NCBI GenBank assembly: GCA_043228905.1
Contig: JBHGNT010000005.1
Span: 6,634,001-6,698,000, forward strand
Direction: 5' to 3'
Source: Azolla caroliniana
Taxonomy: Eukaryota; Plantae; Polypodiophyta
DNA length: 64,000 nt
Shown here: piece by piece, positions 15,171-28,600 of the stretch
Position numbering within the stretch: the first letter of the stretch is position 1
How the letters are laid out: each line of letters starts with the position of its first letter
Program-made: the position numbers and the translations under genes
The notes under the pieces: model-generated
What the model saw: the letters and a program-made list of their open reading frames with translations, nothing else
Database searches by the model: none
What the model was told of the DNA's origin: nothing

Positions 15171-16099
15171 ATGTTACTACTAGACCCATGTAACATTCAT
15201 TGGTTTTCCATAATGTTCGATCTTCCAAAGTTCTTTGTCGTAAGCATATTAAGATGGTGGGTTTGGGATTTCAACGATGTTTGTACAACCACTTCAACCC
15301 GTGGAATACGTCGTAGGTCTAGCTTGGACTTGGAATACCGCGGGCTAGTTATTCATTGATGTCCACATTCTTTTTTTGTGGTAGCTTGCCTTTTTTGTTT
15401 CGTCTCCTAATGGGTTGTTTTAACTCAAACATATAATTTGTGGGCTTGTTTAATCCCTCACCACCTTATTCTTGTCACGCTTAGCCTTTTTTGTTTGTTT
15501 TCTTTTCAAACTTTTGCCATTAATATTCATTATCTAGAATGTTTGTACTAGTGGGAACCATTCCTTTGTCCTAGGTGACATAAACAATTCCCTTGGCTTA
15601 GGGCATATATATTATGTATTATATAACTTTCCAATCCACAACAATGCATTGCCCAACGGACTTTGAATAGATGTATTGCTTGTTTGCTTGTTGAGTTGTA
15701 GAGATGGATCCGTGGTTTTTGTCCTTTGGCCTAAGTGATAAATAATTCCCATGTCTTGGGGTATATGACCCCTTGACAATTGTCTGAGATGGGCTAGTGT
15801 ATAAGTTCCAATCCATGAAAGGTACTTTTTAGCCAAAAGGACTAACGTTTGTTCATTGAATTTGGGGGGGGGGGGGGGGGGGAGGGGGGGGTCAAATTAT
15901 AATGAGTTGATTATGTCCTACTAAGTTTAATGGCATAGTTTTTTCATATGTGTGGTGTGTGTATAAAGCCAAGTTTCGTGTAGGTATGTTTATGTGACTG
16001 TACCTTAGGTTTTTTTTTTGTGTGTGTGTGCACACGCGCGTGCAAAGCTAAGTTCCGTGTAAAGCCAAATTCCTTAAGGTCGAGATATAGACAGTTACT

Positions 16100-17361
16100 C
16101 CTAATCTCACTTTATGATTTTCTTGGATAATATTAATTTAAGCAAACCCTCCATAGTTTCTATATTTTCGATTTACACATCCATGAATATTGATGCTCAA
16201 GAAGAAGCTTGTCCTTACATCTAGAATGCTCATGGAAGGATTTAGACTGCTCTAGTATCTTAACCCCTATTGATTTGCTTGTGATTTTCTCTTGAATAAT
16301 GTTAATGTTAGTGAAAGAGTTATCAATCTTGTATTTACAAAGCTTGGTACCATCACACTCACTTAGTATATGGAGTAAGGGGAACTTATGTGGCAACTTT
16401 CCATGGTTTAATGAGCTCACATCTTACTCATGGAGTTCTTCATGAGAACAAATATGAGATCGTTGCGTGGAATCATTCCATTTTCTACCCTCTTGTCAAG
16501 AAGAGGGGCAAGAGTAGTTGTCAATTATACTTGAGCTCCTAACATGTACATTAACTATTGAGGCAATCTCTAATCGCTCACTCATAATCACACCATTAAA
16601 CAATTAACACTTGACAAAAGACATTAAGAGATTTAGGCAAACTTAATTAATACTCGAAATGAATAATAATAAAGAAAAAAAATCATCACAATGGCTTAGC
16701 TCCGATTAATCTTTCACAAGTAGTACAAGACTTGGAGGCTTGAGGGTTTGAAATATTGGGAATTAAGAAAAAGGTGGTAGGCAATTTAAGCTCTATCTAA
16801 AATGGGAATGAGAAAGTTCTTTTAAAATGTGTATATTTTCATCTTTACACTACTTGCATTAATGCGGACTATATTTCTGTTGAGTTTTTAGAAGAGTATA
16901 AAAGTTTACGTATTTGTCGTCATATATTCCTTTCACATAGGTGGCTTTTCCTAAGGTTAACGACCCAATGTTTACGAGGAGCCTCTATATCTCCATATAG
17001 TTGCATTTGGTTTGAGATGTCTAATTTATACTTTGCATCCCCCTCGATATGGTGTGCGGACAATACTCCCAAGTGCACCAAGTTAGATGCCACCAAGGGT
17101 GCCAAAGTTACTAGGGGCATGAGTTTGACAAGGCTTCCATGATGGTGGCAGTGAAGGAGACAAAATAGTTCTTTCATTGACTCAATATCACCATCTAGAA
17201 ATGTAGTATGTACATCGCCTATGTTTCATCAAAATGCATATTGGCATCAACATGAGGAACCAATCTTATTGAAGAGAGACATTACTTGAATGTGAAAAAC
17301 ACTACAATTGTATCACAACTAACTGGTGTCACCATTACACATGCAATGAGACAAAACAGAT

Positions 17362-17430
<69 letters not shown>

Positions 17431-19400
17431 GACATTAAAAATATATCTATCTAGAACAAAACAGTATACCACAACTAAATGGTGCCTCCACTACGTAGGC
17501 AGTTGGGCATACTCTCTCTCTCTCTCATGGATTGTAATTGGTCTCTTGTGGATGTTAAACATATATCTATCTAGTTGAACAAGCTCTATGACAACTCTAT
17601 ACTTAGAGAACTTGGCTCACACCAAAGGAGCAACTTCCCCCAAATATTTCCTACTACAAAGATCATTTCATGAACATTCAAAAGTTGCAAAGTCATCTAC
17701 ATGCCCTAGAGCGCTCGCAGAGTGATAGGCCAACTCAAAATATTCTCCCACCAAACAAAGATCATGGCAAGACGAGTACTTCACATATTAACTAAACCTA
17801 TACAATTTTGCAAGTTATGTGAGGGAGAGATAGAAAAATGAGGAGCATTTTGTGTATACGTGCCCAACTTTCAACCATAGCAAAGAGACGTATGCTACCT
17901 TCTACAAAGACTTCACTACCATTCACTAGATGATGGATAATTTGGTCTGGCATGCAACTACATGACAAGGAATCTCCATAGAGTAAGCAAAGGAATGGCA
18001 AAAACAACATAGATGGCAAGTACCAAAATATAAGGCACAAGGACCACATCATCACTAGACCATGGAAATCACTTCCCGCCATGCATGTGGATAGCCCTAT
18101 GCACTTGTAAAAATACATCATCATTGCATCATGTCACCACACCAACCAACCAACCAACCTTGGATGCAAAGTTCAATCACTACTAATCTCATGCATATTG
18201 CTATCACTATGCACTTCATGCTTGTAATCTTGAACCAACTCAAAAGTCATCCCATCACATGCATTAAGATAGTAGACTACATGATTCACCCTAGAGTTTT
18301 TGTTTTTTGTTTTAGTAGAGATGACATGATTCACCCTTATGTGTTGTCAAATGAGTGTCTCATACTACTAGGTAGAATTTGGCCTTTAGTAGATCTGTTA
18401 ATATTAGCTCCTCCTATGTTTCTAGTATGGTTATTCAACACCATGGGTCACCCCTATCTTCATTTTGACACAAGCAGAGTGTCAAATAGTCATGATGTTG
18501 CCACAGATTATATGTAGCAAAGCCTCCACTCCACATGAAATCATCTGAGCTCAATTGAGAGCATCCCTTGTGATGGGTTGATTAGTATTAATCCAGAAAA
18601 TGAATCTTAATACACCATATTGGAGCCATTGCCACATCTAATAATTACACACAAAGCGTTTGAAGCATCTAAGAAAATGGTGGCGATTTTTCATTTAGAA
18701 GGATTGCTCGCAGGTAATGAAATGGTTCGACGAAACAATGGCCTCCACATCGATATTGTACGGGCCCTCCGAAATGACAAATGAAACAAGGTAAAATGTA
18801 GCAAGATTGATGGAAACAAAAATGAAGTCATGTCATTTGTATTAGCATTCAGGATGTAACAAAAAATTGCACATTATTGATTTATGCCATAGCTTTCTTT
18901 ATATCTGCTGCATGAGGACATTAAATTTAATGCACTTGTTGAACTTTTGCGGTAGCTCATTCCACCACACACCAATCAATCATGAATATTTCGTCAGAAT
19001 CAATCATGTACCAATTCCAAAAGCCATGGATGTATAGCTTTGGTGAACATGGATTTAGACTATCATATGAGAGACTCTAGCATTTATGGATGACTTAGTT
19101 CACTCCAATTGATCCATGGAAACACAATCATAAATAGCCATAAAGAGATTCTTGTGTCATTATGCAATTGAATGGAAATTCCTATGGATGAAGTAGACCA
19201 CAATAAACAACCACAATAAATTTAGATATTAAGATAATGTTTTTCTCAGCCAAGTACATACCAATGTCATTTTTTTACCTGCACCATATCCATAATGTTA
19301 ATTTAGAAAACCATTCACATATTCTAATATTCGATGCATACATATGAATGTGAAATATATGTACCATTTCATAATACTATCAGTAAATCCTTGACCTTTC
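16100..19400 (-). mobile_element. Heavily decayed LINE reverse-transcriptase remnants
   Basis: The minus strand at ~16500 reads like the RT motif ending '...LAPLL'. Trp-rich broken frames occur at 18000-19200, and no long ORF survives. Confidence 0.3.
17363..17425. repeat. (CT)n microsatellite
   Basis: About 31 perfect CT units. Confidence 0.95.
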
Positions 19401-20760
19401 ACACATGCATAGTCCCTAACCAATTTATATAAGGACTCATTGTGTTCTTAACAACACCACTCATATTGTCAAGCCAATCTACCATGCAGCACCATATGTA
19501 CATCATCAAAACCATTTTCATAACAGTTTTAGCATGTGAGAGGACATTTTGTCCACATACGTAAAAGCATTATTTCAAAAGTCACTACAAAGAAAGAAAA
19601 GTATATGCCTTCGAATGATGGGGAAAAAAAAATTCTTATTGTCTTTTGTCCTCAAATAATTCTCTTTTATCGTCTTGTAGAAACAAATTGTCTATATTCT
19701 CGTCACATGTATGGTACATTTTCTTGGAGGGCATTGATCATTGCAAGCCTTCCAATAAGCACCTTGAATGTTTCCCATGTGATTCCCAATGGAAGAAGAT
19801 ACAAATGACAATGTGCCCACATCTCTGGACTTGAGACAAATTGATCCAGACCAAAAAATGTAGCTTGAAGACAAATACTCTATGAAATAATGATAAGTCA
19901 AATACTCTTAGCAACAAAAAAGCTCAACTGAATCTCCTCGTAGTCCTGCAATCATACCACAAGCATTGCTGCACAGACATTGATGAAAGAACCGAGTATC
20001 AATTTCTAAAAATTTTAATGTCATCATCTTGTTTTCAACAAGCTACAGCCAATGTGAAATACTTATCAACAAAACGAAACCAGTTTATTAACCATCAGAA
20101 CTACGGTTTCATGGTCTGCATAAAACTTTCAATTTTCCGATGTAACCTTTGGCATTTCTTCGCTTCCTCATTTCTCCACTTTCACATTTTACAACTTCAG
20201 GAGGTCTAGGTCAAATGATGGGGATATAATCAGGACTTCTAGGTCAAACCTAGTTTGATTGTCCCTGCACTCTTGCTTCCGTAGATCAGAATTGAGAATG
20301 TCACAATTTCTTCATAGATCTTTGGTTCCTTCCATGGTTTGTATCAAATTGCTCCTCAAATGTATTGTTGGTCGATTTAATCTATAAGATCAAGTTAAAC
20401 TTGCAGTATTTTCATTTTACTAGGACTTATGATCTATTACTTGGACTAAGTATCTTCTAATTGATCTATATATACACTTACTAAATGTTCCATTTAAGCT
20501 TTTATTTACCAAATGTTCCATTTAACCAGTAGAATATTGCAGTCAATGAAGTTGATCTAGGACAAAAAGATAACTTCATCTTTGATGTCTTTTGCAAACC
20601 AATCCTTTCTTTTAAATAACATTGTAAAATTGTTATATCACTGAGCTGGCATCATATTGAGAGATGGTATTAATCTAAACAAGCTGGTGATGAGCAATTA
20701 ATTTTTTGTCAATAGGAACCTATTCTTAACAGGTAAACTGTGTTTATTGGGGATTCAATA

Positions 20761-21050
20761 TACAGCATTTGGGATAAGCCGTCTAAACCACACTCATTTG
20801 GCTCTTTCAAAATATAGCCCCTTACATTATTTACAACCACAACATGCTAAAAAATAGCCTATATCCATTTGTTGTAACATGCCTCAAAAGGAGCCATCAA
20901 AACTTGCATTTTGGACTATTGCACATTCTATTGTCTTTTGAAGCTTTTTCAATAACCTAAGAGTTCATGTTTAATTCTGCATATTTCATTGCATGAGGTA
21001 TACAAGGGGAGAAATGTGACTCCACGAAGCTTTTCCAGTGCATGAGATAT
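20761..21050 (-). repeat. Left copy of a ~290 bp repeat, inverted relative to 24900-25186
   Basis: 'aaaacttgcattttggactattgcacattctattgtctttt' and 'ttcatgtttaattctgcatatttcat' are reverse complements of blocks at ~24960-25050. The ORF track shows the same peptide (WKSFVESH.SP...AMKYAELNM) on opposite strands. Confidence 0.9.
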
Positions 21051-21525
21051 TTAAGGAGAGAGATGAACCTCCATGAAGCTCCAAACACTGGAAATAGTGG
21101 TACTCTGTATTTATTAAAACATGAGCAAAGATATACAGACACATTACTTGAATGTTTCTGAATAACATCATGCGGCCTGATTAACCAAACACGGAATTAG
21201 CTCCATCCCTCTCACCCACACAGCAGATCAGTAACATACCAACTCATTTAACCTTTCGAAAATATTAGAATCTGAAACCTGTATATGGATTAAATCCATC
21301 AGACCATACTTTACTTTAACCTTGCATAAACATATGGATATAAACCCTAGGATTAAGCTTCTCAATATACACCCACCACAAGAGTAACAGCAATAGCAGC
21401 ATGAGGATGATTTTAATTGCATATGGGAAAATTTTCTGTTACAAAAAAATATTTTTGCCGATATATTATACACCTACATTCTCTTCTCTGTGTCAATTTA
21501 ACACCCACCAAGATTATTTCTATCA

Positions 21526-22563
21526 TTATAATGCTACTTTCTTGCAACTCTGTTGTTTTTGCAATAGGACCGAATAGGCACGTTGATACTCGAGGATTAC
21601 AAAGAATAGGTCCTTCGACGAGAATTCTGGCCACAAAACCTTTGAGAATGCAAGATGGGAAAACGAGGTTTGCCAGAGCATGAAGTTGCTCAAGCGTGTC
21701 TCACCCGATGTCCGAATAAGAAGCTCAGGGGCTGTGCAAGATTCTGTATACAAATGTCTCTCTATCTCCTTCTCGGTAACATGCTTCCTGAGAACCCTTT
21801 TGAAATCTTGCATACAAGATGTTTTCTCTCCTAAATCATCTGGATCCATTACATGTCCAAAGGAAGACAAACAATCCTCGTGTGTATATATCGCTTTCCT
21901 TCCTGACTCATCTGAATCTACATCATGTCCAAACAAAGACCCAAAGTCATCTCGATTTCCCTTCATTATGCATATTGCATTCTCCCTGGACTCGTCTGTA
22001 TCCACATCATGCCTAAAATAATAACAGAAATCATCTCGAATTTTCTGAGCTGACCGAACAATCTCATGGGTGGAGCTATAAGAAACAAAGAGATTAAGCA
22101 CAGCATTTTGGTTGTGCATAGTAAGTTCCATAACCTTTTCAGCAGCCTTTCTCACACCCTCTGGGAGAAGAGCCAAGTCGCCTAAAACCCTAACCCTAAC
22201 TCCATAGTTTCTTGCGATACCCTCTTTCTCTATCAACGATTCAAGCTTGCTCTGCATGAGATCCATGAGGGCAGAGACCTCACCAGGAGGACGACGGAAG
22301 TTATCGATGCTGAACGCATAGAGAGACACAGTCTTGACATGGAGATCAAGGCAATCCTTAAGGGTGCGCATGAGAGCTTCATAGCCATGGATGTGGCCAA
22401 TCCAGCGATCCACGCCGAGCCGATCGGCGAACCGGCGGTTACCGTCCATGATGATGGCGATGTGGGAGGGGATGGGGCCTGCAGAGAGGACCCAGAGCAT
22501 GAAGGAACGCAGGAGGGCATGGAGCTTCACAGCGACACACCTCAGGACCTCCTTCACAGCCAT
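21526..22563 (-). CDS. cis-prenyltransferase, dehydrodolichyl diphosphate synthase (Rer2/DHDDS)-type catalytic subunit, intronless
   Basis: Conserved regions are present: HIAIIMDGNRRFA, GHIHG, YAFSIDNFRRP, SYSSTHEI and LLIRTSGETRLSNFMLWQ...LWPEFS. There is no C-terminal RxG motif, which fits the heteromeric type that needs a NgBR/Nus1/LEW1 partner. Confidence 0.95.
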   Translation of the reverse strand: MAVKEVLRCVAVKLHALLRSFMLWVLSAGPIPSHIAIIMDGNRRFADRLGVDRWIGHIHGYEALMRTLKDCLDLHVKTVSLYAFSIDNFRRPPGEVSALMDLMQSKLESLIEKEGIARNYGVRVRVLGDLALLPEGVRKAAEKVMELTMHNQNAVLNLFVSYSSTHEIVRSAQKIRDDFCYYFRHDVDTDESRENAICIMKGNRDDFGSLFGHDVDSDESGRKAIYTHEDCLSSFGHVMDPDDLGEKTSCMQDFKRVLRKHVTEKEIERHLYTESCTAPELLIRTSGETRLSNFMLWQTSFSHLAFSKVLWPEFSSKDLFFVILEYQRAYSVLLQKQQSCKKVAL

Positions 22564-24609
22564 GGATGGGAAGGGGGGGAGATCTCTGGGTGTCTCAGTT
22601 TTTGATGATGTGGGCGTGTCTTGTCTCTCTTCTCTGTAAGGCTGCCTCAGAAAGGATGATCAGGCTTCCGAGGGACTGGCAGCAGAAGAAAGCAGAGATG
22701 GAAGAGGGTGGGGGGGGGAAGACTTTCTGCATTCAGAAGAAGAAGAAGACAAAGAGATTGACTTGACTTGACCCGGAAAAAGGTCAAGTCTCTCTCTCTC
22801 TCTCTCCCCCCCCCGCCCCTCTTTTGTAATTACTTTACCCTAATGGTACCATGGTATGAAAGATACGTAGCATACGTGCATTCGAGTATGGTAAACACCC
22901 TAGAAGAATGGTAAATACCATACTTTTGGATTAATTATTTATTATGAGGTAAATAAACATAAAAAAAAGGCAAAAAAAAAAACTTTAAAAAAGGGGAAAA
23001 AAACAACAAAAAAATACATGAATGTTTGAATAACATTCGCATTCGTTTTCCAAAGTAGGAAAACCAATGTTATGCTAGACGAACACGAATTTTACATAAT
23101 ATGAATGGTATGTTGTTACCCTTACTAGGCCCAAGTCTTGGGTTCAAGACTCAATTTCTCACTTCTCTATTACTCACATAGATATCCTTCTTGATTCACG
23201 TAAACTAGCTTGAGAGAATCAAAGAAAGAGTTCTATGCAAAGCCAAAAACAATATTAAATTGGAAAAAGAAAACAACGCAAAAGGACTCTAATTGAGTTG
23301 ATATGGTTCAATGAGCTTTTGACCATCTTGCAAGAAGTGTTCACAATAGCATCAAAAGTTATATATATACACACCATATATTAGTTAGAGGTTGTGACAC
23401 AACTAAGTTGGACTTGAGTTCGAGTCTTGCTGATATGTATAACCTTTTTTGCGCTCTACCACCCCCCTCCTTCAATAGCAAGTTTAACGAGTCAAAATGC
23501 ATGAGCTAGGACTAGGCTTTTTAGAGGAAATTCCTTGGTTCAGACTATTTTCAGACTGGGGGGGGGGGGGGGGCATTGGTTGTGGCGCACTCCCAAGTTT
23601 GATCACTAGGTGCAAAACACAACCAATCCACTAGGCTAGATAGTTTGTTGTGCGATACCTATGGTTCAAAATGGATTCAACCTTGTACTCTAGCCATTGG
23701 CAAGTAAAGTCTTGACATGGGAGGAACAACACAATATAAAATAGAGCTAGAGACACAAATCTTTCAAAATGACACATGGGGTAGTGGGGTGAAGATACAT
23801 ATACAATGGGAAATTCTGAGATCATGAATGGAAGAAGATGTAGTTAGTCTAACTTATCACATCACATGGTGATCTTTACAATACATCATAAAATCCACAC
23901 ACAAGACCCCCAACACAAACCATAGGGTTTTCTAAAGAGGAATTAAGGCAATGACACATACTTGTAGGCTACTCATCACCATGCAATTGGTAAGAAAGTT
24001 TCTTTTTAAGCTCCTCAATTGTGGGATTCTTTGAGACTTATGGATGCTCAAGTGCTAGTAATGAAAAAGTGTCAAGGGGGTTGCCAAGTGTTGATAAGCA
24101 TCAACCGGAAGTAAACCTCTTGGAAGCTACAATTTGAAGTGGACTCAAACTTGTTATTAGAAGTGGTTCACCTTTAATTTACTCAATTAATTACTTAAAA
24201 AACAATGCTCCATTAATACTGAAGATTAAGGGAGAGGCGAGGGTGGCAAAATAAGAGTGAGATTCTTAAGTCCATATTAAGGTAAAGCTAGTTACAACAA
24301 AAGATAATACCTCTCTTTCTCTCTTCAAAGTACAAGCTTTACGTTGCACCTAAGTTAATTGCTCTCCCTTACATTTTGGTAATTGCCCCTAATTATAATT
24401 TGGGTGGGTGAATAGTTGACATTGTGCCTCAAAACCCACCATACATGTGTCCGCTATGCAATGACGAAATTGAACCATGGAATGGAGTCGTAGCTGAAGG
24501 TGAAGTGAATGTGAGTATCACAATATGGCGGATGAAGAAATGACTAATCTGACGACCCAAGTGTGGCATAAAGGTGCCACAGAAATTTGGGCCCCCCATA
24601 GCACGACCA

Positions 24610-25186
24610 GCTCAACTCTATGAGGCATGAAACTAAACATGGGCATCATCACGCATGTGAAGAAATCCATCCATTATTATGCATTTGTGAAAACATCCAT
24701 CCATCTACTGAACTCCATGAGACAAATGAAACTAAGTGTGGGCATCATCATGCATGTGAAGACATTCATCTATCTCATACAATGGAAAAGCTTTGTGGAG
24801 TCACATCTCTCTCCTTATATATCTAACGCCTACCTACTGAACTCCATGAGACAAATGAAACTAAGTGTGGGCATCATCATGCATGTGAAGACATTCATCT
24901 GTCTCATACAATGGAAAAGCTTTGTGGAGTCACATCTCTCTCCTTATATATCTAACGCCATGAAATATGCAGAATTAAACATGAAGTTTTGGGTGATTGA
25001 GAGCCGCAAAAGACAATAGAATGTGCAATAATCCAAAATGCAAGTTTTGATTGCTCCTTTGAGGCATGTTACAACAAATGGATAAAGTCTGTTTCTCAGC
25101 ATGTTGTGGTTGTCAATAATGTAAAGAGGCCATATTTTGAAAGTGCCAGATGAGTGTGGTTTAAACAGTTTAGCCCAAATGCTATA
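24610..25186 (+). repeat. Right copy of the inverted repeat, with an internal ~127 bp tandem duplication
   Basis: 'ctactgaactccatgagacaaatgaaactaagtgtgggcatcatcatgcatg...tatctaacgcc' occurs twice (~24706 and ~24833). 24900-25186 is the reverse complement of 20761-21050. Confidence 0.9.
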
Positions 25187-25675
25187 AGAAATTTAACTAT
25201 GAAGAAGATTACCTTCTTCACTATATATTGGTTTTACACAGTTTAGCACAAAACTCCCCAGTAAATGCTACATATTCATAGAAAAGCTCAGCACTTGTTG
25301 AAAATAATGATTTTACACATTTAAACATTATGAATATGTACATCTCTCTGTAAATATATACCAGACGAGCACCAAGCTTACGCACTGCCCAAGAATGATA
25401 AAATATATTAACTTTGTCATTCATAATATATTATTTGCCTAGATTGTATACATGAAGATCTCATCATGAGCAAAAAAGAGACCTTCATGTACCCTTTCAT
25501 CTTGATGTGCTGCATTATTAAATCATTTGAATTTCTGAATTAGATTATAAGTGCCCTAAAACACATCATATAATAAGTGCAATAAATTTAAAGAAATTCA
25601 TTACCTTACTTTGTGTTACTCTAAAAATAGGTTTCAACCTGTGATGAATTGTTATCAAGGCATTTGATACTTCTC

Positions 25676-28600
25676 TTATACTGAAAGTAGTGAACTGGAT
25701 TGATTCTCCAGCAAACCTTTTAAAATCAATTTTATCTTCTTCCTTTTCCTAGAGGCATCCACTGGATCGAACCAGTCACTTGAAATCTAAAATAAATGAG
25801 CATACCCAAAATCATTTCTCTGAGTAATCATAATGAATTTATCACATTTTAAAATATCCTCGAATAAACAAACTCACAAAATCAAGGGAATCTCTCTGCT
25901 GAACTTCCTTGATGAATAATTCAACATAATGCAGAAGAAACAGCCCACAATCAGAGTAATTTGTTTGCTGTGGCACCTAAAGATAATGGATATATTTGTC
26001 AAAATACATGGTATGAACTTCCACCTCTAACGAGAAACACTAGACCATAACATATTGAAACTGTTATACTTCTAATACCTTTGCAGTTCGAAAAACTATC
26101 GAGGAGATTGTCTTCGATAAATTGGTGAATTTCTCATTCCAATTCCATGCCTCCAAGAGATAGCTGAATATAGGAATAATACATTTTTTTAACCACATAC
26201 TTTTCATTATATTAGTCTTCTTGATAATACTTTTCATTCATTGCCTTGCTGGAAACTAAGTGATCCGATGGCTTTTCATTAAGTGATTATTGACTATAGG
26301 GGTGCTTTTTTCATAGCTGGGGACTGTAAATGCACTAATAAAAAATGATACTGTGAAAATCTCTCCTATATAGTATAGTGTACCAAAGGATCCATATAAC
26401 CTATAAGCCTATTAACTTGTTTCAAACAGAAATGGTAAATGACCTTCGGATTGGATTTTCAATATCCCTATGAGAACCTTCCAACGAATCGAAATGAAGG
26501 ATAACAGTTGTTTTTGTGTAACTCGGGCCCTCACATTCAACTACAATCCAACAGCATTCAAATATTATTTTCATATTCACTTAAGAATGCAAAAGAATAA
26601 CAGAAGACAATCTCAATTCCCCATGTACAAAATATATACCAGTTGATAAACACCTTTGATTGCAAATGATAGCCAAACTCCAATGAGCACTGTTTACATA
26701 GACAAGATGGCCAAATTTAGCTCATTCAGAAAGAAAGTTAGATGTACTAACATCTCTCAAGAATCCAAAATGGCCTATGAAACCGAATGCAAGATTTCAT
26801 CTGACAAATGTTCTCATCTTGGGGGAAAACAGACCAAACTGAGGATACATAACATCTGTCAAGAATCCAAAATGGCCTATAAGACCAAATGTCAGATTTC
26901 ACCTAGAAATGTTGTCTCATCTTGGGGGAAAACAGACCAAAATGAGCATACATAAATTAGTACTATGTTCAGGGATGCCCCAGAGATCCCTCAAGAATTT
27001 GGCTAGAGGTACAATACACAGACTTTTTATATTCTTGAATACATGTAAATACCTGTTAGATAAGTATGAAATCACAAAAGGGTATGCATCACAGTGGCAT
27101 AGAAAATGATGATTCCAGATAGTGTCTACATTCACAGGATATGATCAACATAGAAAAGGACAAACAGAATCATACCTTTGCATTATTGGTATGAAAAGAT
27201 AATCTTTCTCGAAAATGTCAATCCCTGTTGTCCATCTCTTCAGACGATCAAATCCATGTTGATGATTTTCGTCTATCTTTTCCAGCTTTCGAAAGAAAAA
27301 ACTATTGAAGAAATAAAACCGTTCCCTGTCTCTCAGCGGAAGGTCACTCTGTAGGTATCTGCATGTGAAATAAAAGATGTGTATGACCTTAAAGAATCAG
27401 TGTATTGTTTTGCAGAGATGTTGCAGCAGACACAAATTATGGATATGGTTCAGTGTCGAATCTGAAGAAAATTGTGTTTGTAATTTGTTAATGCCCGTCG
27501 TGGTGATACTTATCACATATATTAAAGAAGACTTAAAGTCAGGTGCCCCTATGTTATTCACTCTGTATATTCTTGGAATGGTGTTCACGTTCTTGTTATC
27601 ATAATAATAAGTTACCTTTAGATGGTAACTGTCTTTCCATATCACATATTTCCTCCTAGGCACTTACTATGGGAATAGTTTCATCTAGGATTTCCATTTG
27701 TCACCCCATTATGATTTCTATTATGCCTCTACTTGTAGCACAATCTTTCATGTTATGACAGGTAACTTATCTTTGAGAGATGTGATGTACTAGAAATCCT
27801 GCCTACATTTGGCTTCTGCTTCACTTTTTCCAATTATTTTTACTTCACTTTTGTCTTTCATCTTACATCTATTTTGACCGTGCTTGTTTCATCTCAATCT
27901 AGACGGCAGACACATTATCCTTCTTATCCAAGTTATTGAATTCCTCACTACAATTTTCATCACCACCACACTACACAGATCACATTACATTAAGATGTGA
28001 GTAAGAGTAAGATGTCGTGAAAATACATTTTATCTATTGTCGCCTGTAACAACCTGAGTCATATATGTACACCTTTCCTATTTCTATAAACGATTTACGA
28101 AACATTCATGCATGGAACTATGCTTTAGTACTAAGAATACTATCTTTACCTAAAATTCTTGATGATCAAAACAAATTCACAACTTCGTTTTGAACTAGTT
28201 ACTAAGGCAGCAGAATGCATTTCTTTAACCTTCTTTTCAGCTATGAATGTATTGTGACAATTTTGTTAGAAATGCTAAAACAAATATGAAAAGATTAATA
28301 TAATTGGGGCTATTTAAATTGGTCCACTAGAAAATCTTTAAAAAGCAATCATGTAACTACTTTGTAATTTTCCAAACCTGCAAATCAGATCATGAAGGAA
28401 CAACTTCTTAACATAATTAATGCCTTCATCCAGAACAAGTTCTCATTTTTTCATTCAAATTTCCTGAAATAAATGATTAATAGTACTGACATGCACCCCA
28501 AAAGATACTGTCAATCATCATAAATATGTTACTTACTTTATGTAGAAGTCAATGAGAGTATCACTAATGAATTCATCAGGATTCAAAAGCAAGTAATCAT

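Noticed and set aside
22830-23130. MITE upstream of the CPT gene (similar texture at ~63300)
   Set aside because: No convincing inverted termini or TSD were found.
24627-25019. 130-aa ORF as a gene
   Set aside because: It lies within a tandemly duplicated dispersed repeat, and its inverted copy has a different stop pattern.
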